IMG/VR virus record: IMGVR_UViG_3300046660_000488
Coordinates: 186,001-250,000 of that record
Length of the DNA: 64,000 nucleotides
Direction: 5' to 3' (one strand)
Shown one piece after another: positions 9,041 through 16,835 of the stretch. The position numbers were made by a program, and so were the translations under genes. How positions within the stretch are numbered: position 1 is the stretch's first letter; each line of letters starts with the position of its first letter. The notes beneath the pieces were generated by a model. That model searched no databases. It saw only the letters and a program-made list of their open reading frames with translations, and was not told where the DNA came from.

Positions 9041-9712
9041 ATGTCCCTATTCGACGACATCAAGGCCGCCCAACTCCGGGCGCGTAAGGACCGCAACACG
9101 GTCAAGGCCACGCTGCTGACCACGCTGATCACCGAAGCCTCGACGGGCCTCGCAGCGACGCTGCGGACGGAAGCCGAGAACGCGATCAACAAGCTCGCCA
9201 ACGGCGACAAGACCAAGCACGAATGGCCGCCCGGCCGTCTGGACGTCGCGCTGGCCGCCCTCAAGCAAGAGGCCAAGGCCGAAGGCTGGGACGAGGACGC
9301 CTACAAGGCCAAGGTCGCCGACCTCAACGCTCTGGCGGAGTCCGAAGGCTGGCCGCTGGGTCGCCGTGACGCCGAGATTGCCAAGGTCAACGCCCAGTTC
9401 AACAAGGACTGGCTCCCGTCCGACGAGCAAGTCGAGAAGGTCATCGGCAAGTTCGTCAAGGCCGGGCGCGACAACCTCGCGGTCTTCGAGCAGCGCGGCA
9501 ACGCCGAGAAGGTGGACGAGGTCAAGCAAGAGCTTGAAATCCTCACGGATTTCCTGCCCAAGCAACTGACCGAGGGCGAGTTGACGGAGGTCATCAACAA
9601 CTTCCGCGCCGAGCATCCGTCCGCCCAGATCGGCCAGATCATGGGCCACCTCAAAGCCAGCTTCCAAGGTCGCTACGACCCGAAGATGGCCAGCCGCCTC
9701 GCGAACGGGTGA
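9041..9712 (+). CDS. GatB/YqeY domain protein with internal insertion
   Basis: 'IKAAQLRARK', 'EQVEKVIGKFVK', 'ELEILTDFLPKQLTEGEL', 'IGQIMGHLK..FQGRYD.KMAS' typical of YqeY; about 80 extra residues in the middle. Confidence 0.85.
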   Translation: MSLFDDIKAAQLRARKDRNTVKATLLTTLITEASTGLAATLRTEAENAINKLANGDKTKHEWPPGRLDVALAALKQEAKAEGWDEDAYKAKVADLNALAESEGWPLGRRDAEIAKVNAQFNKDWLPSDEQVEKVIGKFVKAGRDNLAVFEQRGNAEKVDEVKQELEILTDFLPKQLTEGELTEVINNFRAEHPSAQIGQIMGHLKASFQGRYDPKMASRLANG

Positions 9713-9715
9713 TCC

Positions 9716-9946
9716 ATGGCTGACATTCAAAGCGTCGTCGAAGAGATTCAGGACACGGCTGACTTGGCCGAAGCCCTCGAATTGCTGGAGAAGCGCACCG
9801 GCGATCCGGCGGCGAGAGTCGTCGTCGCGATCCTCAAAGACCTGAGCGACCGCAGTGGTTTCTTCGAAGACCTCGACGGCGACATCGAGTCGGAGATCGT
9901 CGGCGAACTCTACCAGAAAGCCAACGCGGCTCTCGAAGACGGATGA
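9716..9946 (+). CDS. Small acidic hypothetical protein
   Basis: Tightly packed ORF in a same-strand run, ATGA overlap with next gene. Confidence 0.6.
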   Translation: MADIQSVVEEIQDTADLAEALELLEKRTGDPAARVVVAILKDLSDRSGFFEDLDGDIESEIVGELYQKANAALEDG

Positions 9947-10407
9947 CCTTCGTCGGCCCGAAATGGTCACGCAGCCGCAAGAAAGCCAAGGCGCGCGTCA
10001 ACTTCCAACGGAAGCGATGCGCGTGGGGCAAGTACGTGCGCGGCTGTCGTGGCCATCCGGGCATCGTGATCGAGACGTGGTTCTCCGACGCCGACATCCA
10101 CGGCAACAGCGTGGATATTCGGTCGTTGGTCGATGGAGAAGAGGAATCCTGTTCTCTTCTCCATTGCTCTCCCACGCCGATGACCAAGGAACGGGCTGAA
10201 GCCGAGGCCGCCTACTGGCGCCTGTATGGCAAGGAAGCCGCGTGGCTGAAATTCCAGCCCGACTGGCTCGCCTACCTCACCCAGCAATGGGAAGAGCAGC
10301 AAGGCGATCCAGACCGGGCCGAGTGGTATCGCAAGCCGATCCACGAATACCTTCACCTGACTGAAGAACAATACGACCTGTGGGTCGTTCGCGGGGAGCT
10401 TCCGTAA
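9943..10407 (+). CDS. Hypothetical protein (154 aa)
   Basis: Coupled to both neighbours (ATGA, TAATG). Confidence 0.65.
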   Translation: MTFVGPKWSRSRKKAKARVNFQRKRCAWGKYVRGCRGHPGIVIETWFSDADIHGNSVDIRSLVDGEEESCSLLHCSPTPMTKERAEAEAAYWRLYGKEAAWLKFQPDWLAYLTQQWEEQQGDPDRAEWYRKPIHEYLHLTEEQYDLWVVRGELP

Positions 10408-10928
10408 TGGGCAGTCGTGCCGGTTTTTGCTATGCCAACCCCGATGATTACACCGTCGATGTGACGACGCTGGAAACGGGCACGCCTCTCTACTTCATCA
10501 TGTACGAGGAAGCCAACAAGCGCAAGTGGAGCGATCTCGCCGACTACACGCTCGTGCGGCTTATCTTCAAGGAAGCAATTGTTCGCAGTCAAGAAGTCAA
10601 CATCTACGACGGTGTCAAGACTGAGCGTATCGAGTATCAGCTTCAATTCGAAGATGACGAGAACCATTACTTCACATGGGTTCTCGGCAACCATGACCGG
10701 CGAGGGTACGACTCGAAAGTCCGCATATACCGCACGCCGGAAGAGGCTCAGGCATGGATCAACCAATCCATGTATGAGCAGGTCAAAGAGGCTGAAGAGG
10801 CTTTGAAAGACCACAAGGCCCAAGTCGCGTGGCTCAAGAAACGCCAAGCCCTGCCGATGAAGGTTTACGCCCCCAACGGGGTGGACCAATACAAAGACCC
10901 CAAGTACGCCGCGCTGAAGGAAGGTTGA
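10407..10928 (+). CDS. Hypothetical protein, paralog family B copy 1
   Basis: TAATG coupling gives start 10407; beta-rich N-part plus C-terminal coiled coil, similar to the next ORF. Confidence 0.65.
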   Translation: MGSRAGFCYANPDDYTVDVTTLETGTPLYFIMYEEANKRKWSDLADYTLVRLIFKEAIVRSQEVNIYDGVKTERIEYQLQFEDDENHYFTWVLGNHDRRGYDSKVRIYRTPEEAQAWINQSMYEQVKEAEEALKDHKAQVAWLKKRQALPMKVYAPNGVDQYKDPKYAALKEG

Positions 10929-10932
10929 GCCG

Positions 10933-11451
10933 ATGGTGAAGAAGTATCTCCACTACACCGACCCGACACCTGAGCCGGAGTTTGATCCGACCAAGCACAA
11001 TCCGGACCTGCCGATCTACTTGATCTGCGTCGTGGACTCCAGCTTCCAAGACCTTGGGGAATACACCATCCTGCAAAACTGGCTGGTCGTCGAGGCCTTC
11101 ATCGAAGACGTGTTCCTTCGTGAGGACAGTGTCATCTATGACACGGACGGCTCGCGAGAATATCGGCGGCGGGAATGGGTGCTCAAATTCAAGGACGGAA
11201 GCTCGGCCTACTGGGTTGAGGGACGGCCCCGTGAACGAGCGATGGGCGATCCGCCCAAGGTCGGCGAAAGCGTCTGGATCAGCGACGACAAGGAATTGGC
11301 ATACAGCAGGGTGGCCGAGCGCGATCAGGCTGAGATCAGCATCGTCGAGTCGCAGGTCAAGGAATACCGGGCCAAGCTCAACTACCTGACGGCCAAGCGC
11401 GACCGTGGTCGCCACCTGTTCAATATTCACCTCGAACCAATTTCTGGTTGA
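10933..11451 (+). CDS. Hypothetical protein, paralog family B copy 2
   Basis: Same layout as the 10407 ORF. Confidence 0.65.
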   Translation: MVKKYLHYTDPTPEPEFDPTKHNPDLPIYLICVVDSSFQDLGEYTILQNWLVVEAFIEDVFLREDSVIYDTDGSREYRRREWVLKFKDGSSAYWVEGRPRERAMGDPPKVGESVWISDDKELAYSRVAERDQAEISIVESQVKEYRAKLNYLTAKRDRGRHLFNIHLEPISG

Positions 11452-11519
11452 CGAAAACAAAAATCAAGCGCACCCTAACTGGTAGACCAGTGTTAATCTG
11501 GCCCGTAGGAGGTAGCGTC

Positions 11520-11624
11520 ATGGGTTATTTCGTTGGACTGGTCGCGGCGTTGTACGTCGTCACGATGATCGTCATTCAGCCCAAGGTTCTTGCGGCTCTT
11601 GGCCGCGCAATGTTCGGTCGCTGA
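11520..11624 (+). CDS. Possible 34-aa hydrophobic peptide
   Basis: Strong AGGAGG RBS 8 nt before ATG and a palindromic motif upstream; MGYFVGLVAALYVVTMIVIQPKV...; 3' end overlaps the convergent gene. Confidence 0.35.
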   Translation: MGYFVGLVAALYVVTMIVIQPKVLAALGRAMFGR

Positions 11625-12402
11625 TTTTCTTCTTCAGCAAGTCGTAGAACTTGTACAGGCGCTTATCGAAGCGTCTCTGGTTCTCTGGCGTCAGGTAATC
11701 CCTGAACCCACGATCAAAATCGAACAGGTGTGCGCGCTTGAAAGCGTCGAAACTGGCCAGCGCCTTGAAATTGGCGCTCGGCTTGAAGTAATGGCGCTCT
11801 GATCCGATGATGTAGCTGCTGATGACGTTGTGCATGCCCTGCTGGAAATAGGCATTGAATTCCAGAGGACTGTTGAAATAGGCCTCCGGGTCCTTGCTGC
11901 TGACGGCTTGGACTTTCTGATTGAATTTCCCGCGCGTCGGCGTCGTCTGCCGGGAACGATCCTGATAGTGCGTTAGCTCGTGGACCATGTGCCCGAACAA
12001 GTTGGTCCAGTTGAGGCTATAGCCCAATTCGGTCTTGTCGCCGATGTCGCTGTCCACGCTGATCACGATGTAATAGATGGGCTTGCGCTCGGCGACGTTG
12101 CGACCCTGAAGCATACTGGCCGGGTTCTCTTCGACGTTCAGGCCCGGCGTATAGGCGAAGCCGATGAACAGGTCGTCTGGACCACCAAACTGATCGGCGT
12201 TGACGATGTAGAGCTTGGTCCCGTCGCGGATCATGCGCGCCTGCATCAGGTTGCGGATCGGCGTGTCCGCGTTGTTCTTACCGATCCAACGACCGAATTT
12301 CTGGACGAGCTTGTAGGCCTCAGCCTCCGAGGCGAATTGCTTCTCAGAGGGGTGTTCCGGCTGGTTTTTGTCTAGCGTGTCAAACAGTTCGTTCAGGATC
12401 AT
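11572..12402 (-). CDS. Hypothetical protein with HExxH motif (possible zinc metallopeptidase)
   Basis: 'GHMVHELTHYQD' followed by 'YFNSPLEFNAY'; N-terminus 'MILNELFD'; TAAATA 60 nt upstream. Confidence 0.6.
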   Translation of the reverse strand: MILNELFDTLDKNQPEHPSEKQFASEAEAYKLVQKFGRWIGKNNADTPIRNLMQARMIRDGTKLYIVNADQFGGPDDLFIGFAYTPGLNVEENPASMLQGRNVAERKPIYYIVISVDSDIGDKTELGYSLNWTNLFGHMVHELTHYQDRSRQTTPTRGKFNQKVQAVSSKDPEAYFNSPLEFNAYFQQGMHNVISSYIIGSERHYFKPSANFKALASFDAFKRAHLFDFDRGFRDYLTPENQRRFDKRLYKFYDLLKKKISDRTLRGQEPQEPWAE

Positions 12403-12950
12403 TCAAAGCGCGCATCCGAGACGATGCCCTCCAAGGGTTTGGGCGCCTCTTCGGCGCTCCAGTATTTAACCTCGCCGTGGAGGTAGACGCGGTTCTCGTA
12501 GATCGTGGCGCGCTCGGCCGAACGAACGGCGCGGCCGTCGTCTTCACGAACGAACAGATGGCTGGTCTTGGGGTTGAACCGGACCACCGCCGTGGCGCCT
12601 TTGGTCCCGTGTCCCCAGCGTGAGAAATTGCCGACCACGGCCGCCATGGGACGCTTGTTGATCTCACCCTTGGCGATCTTCGCGCGAGCGGCTTGGTCGA
12701 TGTAGAACTCGACGTCGCTGAGCCCCACGACCTTCTCGTAGCCGATCACCCGGCCGCGTGGCGTAGGAGCCCCGTGGACCGTGTGGACCGGCCCTTGGAC
12801 GTTGGCGTTCAGGTTTAGACGGACCGCCACCCGGCGGCCGTCCACGGCGGCCAGTGCCGTCATGAAAAGCTTGTCGGCGATGTGCCGGGGCAAGTGCTCG
12901 CGAAATACCTCGCGGAAATCCTCGTAGGTCGAAAGCTCCGCCTTGGTCAC
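12399..12950 (-). CDS. Hypothetical phage protein (183 aa)
   Basis: GTG start coupled to upstream stop; 'RPMAAVVG...VRFNPKTSHLFV' looks like a common phage hypothetical family. Confidence 0.65.
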   Translation of the reverse strand: MTKAELSTYEDFREVFREHLPRHIADKLFMTALAAVDGRRVAVRLNLNANVQGPVHTVHGAPTPRGRVIGYEKVVGLSDVEFYIDQAARAKIAKGEINKRPMAAVVGNFSRWGHGTKGATAVVRFNPKTSHLFVREDDGRAVRSAERATIYENRVYLHGEVKYWSAEEAPKPLEGIVSDARFE

Positions 12951-13303
12951 AAACGCTCTCCGTCTTCAGCGGCGGCGATGATCTCGTTCATCCGGCTGCT
13001 GGCATTCACCCATCGTTTACCAGATTCATCAAGCGCGTACAACGACTTGCGGCCGGAATTATCACCGACGAGCAGGAACGGTTGGAAGGCGCGCGGGTGT
13101 TTCTTGAACACCTGCATCAGCATCAGGACACGGTCTTCAACGAGGTCGCGATCCTTGAATCGGGCGTTCAACTTGGCCACGTCAAGCAAGGCTCCGACTC
13201 CACCGTCGAGGGGAAACGCGACTGCATCGATCCCATGCAAAGCGGCGTAGACGCTCAGTCGCATCTGGCCGTGGCTCTTGTAGAATGTGGCGTCTTCTTG
13301 CAT
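12947..13303 (-). CDS. Hypothetical protein (118 aa)
   Basis: Preceded by TAAATA-GAGG-ATG; coupled to next gene. Confidence 0.65.
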   Translation of the reverse strand: MQEDATFYKSHGQMRLSVYAALHGIDAVAFPLDGGVGALLDVAKLNARFKDRDLVEDRVLMLMQVFKKHPRAFQPFLLVGDNSGRKSLYALDESGKRWVNASSRMNEIIAAAEDGERL

Positions 13304-13307
13304 CCTC

Positions 13308-13313
13308 TATTTA
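13308..13313 (-). promoter_or_regulatory. T4-like late promoter core TAAATA
   Basis: TAAATA only 4 nt before the ATG at 13303. Confidence 0.55.
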
Positions 13314-13322
13314 GAAAACCGC

Positions 13323-13350
13323 TTGACTACTTCATTCTGTGCTATATGAT
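13323..13350 (+). promoter_or_regulatory. Sigma70-like promoter (TTGACT-N16-TATGAT)
   Basis: In the divergent gap upstream of the 13383 gene, GGAGG RBS follows. Confidence 0.45.
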
Positions 13351-13382
13351 GCAGTTCTCGAAGTTTCCACGGAGGACCCCGC

Positions 13383-13859
13383 ATGACGATCACGGTGTTT
13401 TATCAGAAGCTGAATGACACCCGTCGTGTGGATGATGCGTTCTTCGACGCCAAATACAGCGCCTATGATGCCGAGACCGAAAAGCTGACCCAGATCGAGG
13501 GCGATCCCGCGCCGCGTATCGCGACCGCCATTTCGCGTCTGGTTGTGTTCGGCCGGTGCTATCTGCCCGTCGCCAAGCTGGACACGACCGACTTGGACGA
13601 AGCGTGGAAGGCCACGCAGAGCATCGACAGCGCGTGGACCGAAGGCCCGCTGGTCAAGGAATTCCTGTTCGACGACAGCAAGCACATCTACCCGGCTGAA
13701 GGCCGTCGCTCGGCGATGGTCGGCGACATCTACGCCATGGATGAACCCACCGAATTCGGCGTCCAGACCGTGGCCTACGTCGTCGCCAGCACCGGCTTCA
13801 TCAAGATCGCCGGTCTCGCGGCTCGCCGCCTGATGAATCAACTGTACGAGGTCGCCTGA
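13383..13859 (+). CDS. Hypothetical protein (158 aa)
   Basis: GGAGG RBS; 'RRSAMVGDIY' resembles a common small phage domain. Confidence 0.7.
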   Translation: MTITVFYQKLNDTRRVDDAFFDAKYSAYDAETEKLTQIEGDPAPRIATAISRLVVFGRCYLPVAKLDTTDLDEAWKATQSIDSAWTEGPLVKEFLFDDSKHIYPAEGRRSAMVGDIYAMDEPTEFGVQTVAYVVASTGFIKIAGLAARRLMNQLYEVA

Positions 13860-14299
13860 TGCTGAAGAACACTGAAGGCGACCGCATCGCGTGGGCAGAC
13901 ATCGAAGGCAAGTACGTCTTGCTGGTCGGTGGTTTCATCAACGTAGGCTTCGACGGCGAGTTTGGCGCGCTCGACGACGGCTCAAGACTGCAATGGACTA
14001 TCGCGCGCGTCGATGATTACAGCGACATGGCCGAGGCCATCGTCAGCCGCCATTACTACACCTACTATACGGCCAAGTACGAAAACCGAAACAAGACGCG
14101 CGGCTTCGAAACCATTTCGCCGAGCAAGCACGCGGCCCCGGTTCACGGAGCGATCCACTCGATCTATCCATCGAGGTCCATTGCGATGAAGGTCAAGAAA
14201 ACCCTCATGCCAATCAGCGACGCCGCGTTCGAGCAAATCGCGAGCGCTCAACAGCGCCATCGGAGACTATTGGACCAATATTCCCAGCCGGGCTCTTGA
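13859..14299 (+). CDS. Hypothetical protein (146 aa)
   Basis: TGATG coupling to previous gene. Confidence 0.65.
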   Translation: MLKNTEGDRIAWADIEGKYVLLVGGFINVGFDGEFGALDDGSRLQWTIARVDDYSDMAEAIVSRHYYTYYTAKYENRNKTRGFETISPSKHAAPVHGAIHSIYPSRSIAMKVKKTLMPISDAAFEQIASAQQRHRRLLDQYSQPGS

Positions 14300-14352
14300 C
14301 TATACAGCACAGGTGTGCTTTATAGTCATTTCTGACAGCGAGGGAGACAGTT

Positions 14353-14943
14353 TTGCGGATCGACTTCGACGACCTGATGGAGAAATACGCGGCGGCTTCG
14401 GTCGAAGAACGCGCGTTCATTTCTCCGCGTGCTGTCATGTCGTCCGCTCTCGGCGTCGAGATCGACGGTTTCACCATGGACGCCAAGCGCGTCAAAATCC
14501 GCATCGACCCCGAAGACTTCGACCTGACCTCGCTGATGAAGCACACCTTCGTCCGCAACAAGCGCGAGATCGGCGTGTTCCAACTGGACCGCGACCGCGA
14601 TGGCCGGGTTGAGATCACCTACGCCGCCATCACCGAAGGCGAGGCGATGGACGAGACCAAGCTGCGCGACGCGGCGGCTCTGGCCATGTCGATGATCGAA
14701 TCGGCCGACCGCTATGCTCGCTACAACCCCGATGCGACTCGCGAAATGGTCAAGCGGGTCATACGCGAAGCCACGCCGCAGGTTGACCCGACTTCGGTTC
14801 TGGTCGAAGAGGAAAGCAACGACCGTCTGGCGTTGCTGCGCGAGCAACGTCGGGGCCAATGCTTCGACGAGCCTAAGCGCTCAGCCGTCAAGGGCGCCCA
14901 GAAGGTCGCCTACACCGACCGTCAGTCCGCGAAGGCCCTGTGA
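14353..14943 (+). CDS. Hypothetical protein (196 aa)
   Basis: TTG start after GGGAG RBS; phage-type codon bias. Confidence 0.65.
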   Translation: MRIDFDDLMEKYAAASVEERAFISPRAVMSSALGVEIDGFTMDAKRVKIRIDPEDFDLTSLMKHTFVRNKREIGVFQLDRDRDGRVEITYAAITEGEAMDETKLRDAAALAMSMIESADRYARYNPDATREMVKRVIREATPQVDPTSVLVEEESNDRLALLREQRRGQCFDEPKRSAVKGAQKVAYTDRQSAKAL

Positions 14944-15128
14944 CCGTACCGCACACCAAGACCGCTCTGGAACGCCTCGCAGCGGCCACACGCGCCCAAA
15001 TCACCAAGGCCGTTGAGAACCACGACCATGCGGGTAAAATCCTGCTGGAGCAGCGTCTGGTCGCCGTGAACACGCTGCAATTCGACAAGGATGCGGTGAG
15101 GATGCTCACGAACGCCCTGAAGCTTTAG
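14940..15128 (+). CDS. Small hypothetical protein (62 aa)
   Basis: GTGA coupling with previous stop. Confidence 0.55.
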   Translation: MTVPHTKTALERLAAATRAQITKAVENHDHAGKILLEQRLVAVNTLQFDKDAVRMLTNALKL

Positions 15129-15157
15129 TCGCCCACTCGTTTGACGTGTCGCCATGA

Positions 15158-15163
15158 TAAATA
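15158..15163 (+). promoter_or_regulatory. T4-like late promoter core TAAATA
   Basis: 6 nt before the ATG at 15170. Confidence 0.55.
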
Positions 15164-15169
15164 TTACTC

Positions 15170-15478
15170 ATGGCAAGCTCTCATATCTTCGAAGCACTGA
15201 CGAACGTCCACGAGGACAATTTCGGATGGGTGCGTAAGCTGACCGGTACGCAGCCGAAGGAACAGCCTGCCGTCATCGTGGACAAGTCCGCGACCAAGAT
15301 TCGCCTGAAGGTCGGCGGCAATCGCTACTACACGATCACGCGGTCAGCCGACATCTTGAACCCCCGCACCAAACAACTCTCGTATCTGTGGACGGCGCGC
15401 ACGGATGACGGCAAGCCGCTGGGCATCGAGCACAGCGATCCGGCGGAAGTCATCAAGCGTCTGAAAATGCGGGGATGA
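15170..15478 (+). CDS. Hypothetical late protein (102 aa)
   Basis: Follows TAAATA; stop codon abuts the 3' end of the convergent tRNA. Confidence 0.65.
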   Translation: MASSHIFEALTNVHEDNFGWVRKLTGTQPKEQPAVIVDKSATKIRLKVGGNRYYTITRSADILNPRTKQLSYLWTARTDDGKPLGIEHSDPAEVIKRLKMRG

Positions 15479-15553
15479 TGGTAGACACGACAGGGATTGA
15501 ACCTGTGACCCCTACCATGTCAAGGTAGTGCTCTACCGCTGAGCTACGTGTCC
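15479..15553 (-). tRNA. tRNA-Val(GAC), CCA encoded
   Basis: Minus strand GGACACGTAGCTCAGCGGTAGAGCACTACCTTGACATGGTAGGGGTCACAGGTTCAATCCCTGTCGTGTCTACCA: 7-bp acceptor stem, D arm, CTACC/GGTAG anticodon stem with GAC, GGTTCAATCC T arm. Confidence 0.95.
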
Positions 15554-15563
15554 ACGCCGCATC

Positions 15564-15569
15564 TATTTA
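15564..15569 (-). promoter_or_regulatory. T4-like late promoter core upstream of tRNA-Val
   Basis: TAAATA 10 nt upstream of the tRNA 5' end. Confidence 0.5.
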
Positions 15570-15579
15570 GCACCGAAAA

Positions 15580-15891
15580 TTATTGGTGCAAGCGCAGGTC
15601 AAGCTCGGCGGCCATGGCTCGTACCTGACCACCAATCCACCCAATGATCAGACGTCGGATTTCCGTTTTCCACGGCGGGTTTTGGCATTTCTTCCACCGG
15701 ACAATGGTTGTGCGGTGGACATTGAAATGCTTTGCCAACGCCACCGCGTCAACTTGATGGATGTCAATACCATGCTGGACGATCATCCCAAATTCGACGG
15801 CGTCGAGCGCGCACGGCTGCGTGAGGCAATCGGCGAACGCGAGAAGACTGTCGCGTCGCGCGGCCAGCAATGCGATTTCGAGTGCGCTCAT
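15580..15891 (-). CDS. Small putative HTH DNA-binding protein (103 aa)
   Basis: Start at 15891 by ATGA coupling with the upstream membrane gene; 'VDAVALAKHFNVHRTTIVRWKK' is a helix-turn-helix pattern. Confidence 0.6.
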   Translation of the reverse strand: MSALEIALLAARRDSLLAFADCLTQPCALDAVEFGMIVQHGIDIHQVDAVALAKHFNVHRTTIVRWKKCQNPPWKTEIRRLIIGWIGGQVRAMAAELDLRLHQ

Positions 15892-16427
15892 CGGAAATTC
15901 AATACCGCGCTGATGGTTGCTATCCGGGGCATTTGCACCCGGCGCCATGCGTTGTCCAGCGTCTTCCCGGCCAACATCCATTTGGTGCGCGGGATATAGA
16001 GGCCCATCAGGTTGGCGAGGTTCTGAGACGCGAAAATCAGGTTCAGGGTCAGGTGGTAATTGTGTTTGCTCATGATCATTCCACCACTGGCCATGTAGGG
16101 CAGATGGAACAGCATCTGGAAAATGGTGCTGGCGATCAGGTAATTGAACCAGAGGTGCACGCTCTTGTACGTCGCCTTGATCATGACCAAGACGGTCAAC
16201 ATGACCACATCGAGATATGGGAATGAGAGATCGCCTATCGTGGGGATAGCCACATGCACGTAGGTGAGGTTGGACCACACCCACGACAGAACGAGCGTCA
16301 ACGCCACAGCGAACTGGGCGCCGACGACCTTTCCACGCCGGAATCGTGAGATTCCCGACGCTATCAGCACTGAGGTGCACAGCGCGCCATAACCGAGCGC
16401 GATCAAACCGAACTTAGGTGAAAGCAT
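15888..16427 (-). CDS. Polytopic membrane protein (179 aa, about 5 hydrophobic segments)
   Basis: Repeated ~20-residue hydrophobic stretches; basic C-terminus; lower GC than neighbours. Confidence 0.7.
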   Translation of the reverse strand: MLSPKFGLIALGYGALCTSVLIASGISRFRRGKVVGAQFAVALTLVLSWVWSNLTYVHVAIPTIGDLSFPYLDVVMLTVLVMIKATYKSVHLWFNYLIASTIFQMLFHLPYMASGGMIMSKHNYHLTLNLIFASQNLANLMGLYIPRTKWMLAGKTLDNAWRRVQMPRIATISAVLNFR

Positions 16428-16444
16428 CGCCCCCGCGTTGCCGG

Positions 16445-16705
16445 TTACCCGTCTTTTTCAGTGCCACCCGACAAAGTGGATGGCGGAACACCGAAGAAAC
16501 CGGCGAGAGCAACCGCGCTCCCGTTCAGATAGTTGTGGTGTACCAATTTCAACCGTTGCAGTCGAGTCTTTTCTGGAGAGTCAGGCAAAGCGTTGATCGC
16601 TTCACCCAGTTCCACAAGTTGGGACTTGGTCTGGGAGGCTCGTTCGGCGGCCAGTTGAATCGCGGCGGCGGTGATGGACTGGATGTTGGGGGCGTTATCA
16701 CTCAT
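16445..16705 (-). CDS. Small protein (86 aa) ending in LSGGTEKDG
   Basis: AGAGG RBS; amphipathic helices, 'LVHHNYL', low-complexity polar tail. Confidence 0.65.
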   Translation of the reverse strand: MSDNAPNIQSITAAAIQLAAERASQTKSQLVELGEAINALPDSPEKTRLQRLKLVHHNYLNGSAVALAGFFGVPPSTLSGGTEKDG

Positions 16706-16798
16706 CAGTACTTTCCTCTGCGATCCTAACGATCACAGAAACGACCATATCAGTGCTCGATGAACATGGTAAAGCTTCATTAACCAAGTTATCCACAA

Positions 16799-16832
16799 GA
16801 AAAAGCCCCGGCTTTTCGACCGGGGCTCTTCG
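16799..16832 (-). terminator. Intrinsic terminator of the giant fibre gene
   Basis: Minus strand GAGCCCCGGTCGAAAAGCCGGGGCTTTTTCTT: GC stem plus U tract right after the 16836 stop. Confidence 0.8.
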
Positions 16833-16835
16833 CAG

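Noticed and set aside
16789-16797. Perfect DnaA box TTATCCACA beside the fibre terminator
   Set aside because: Single copy with no cluster or DUE; about one chance hit is plausible in 64 kb on two strands.
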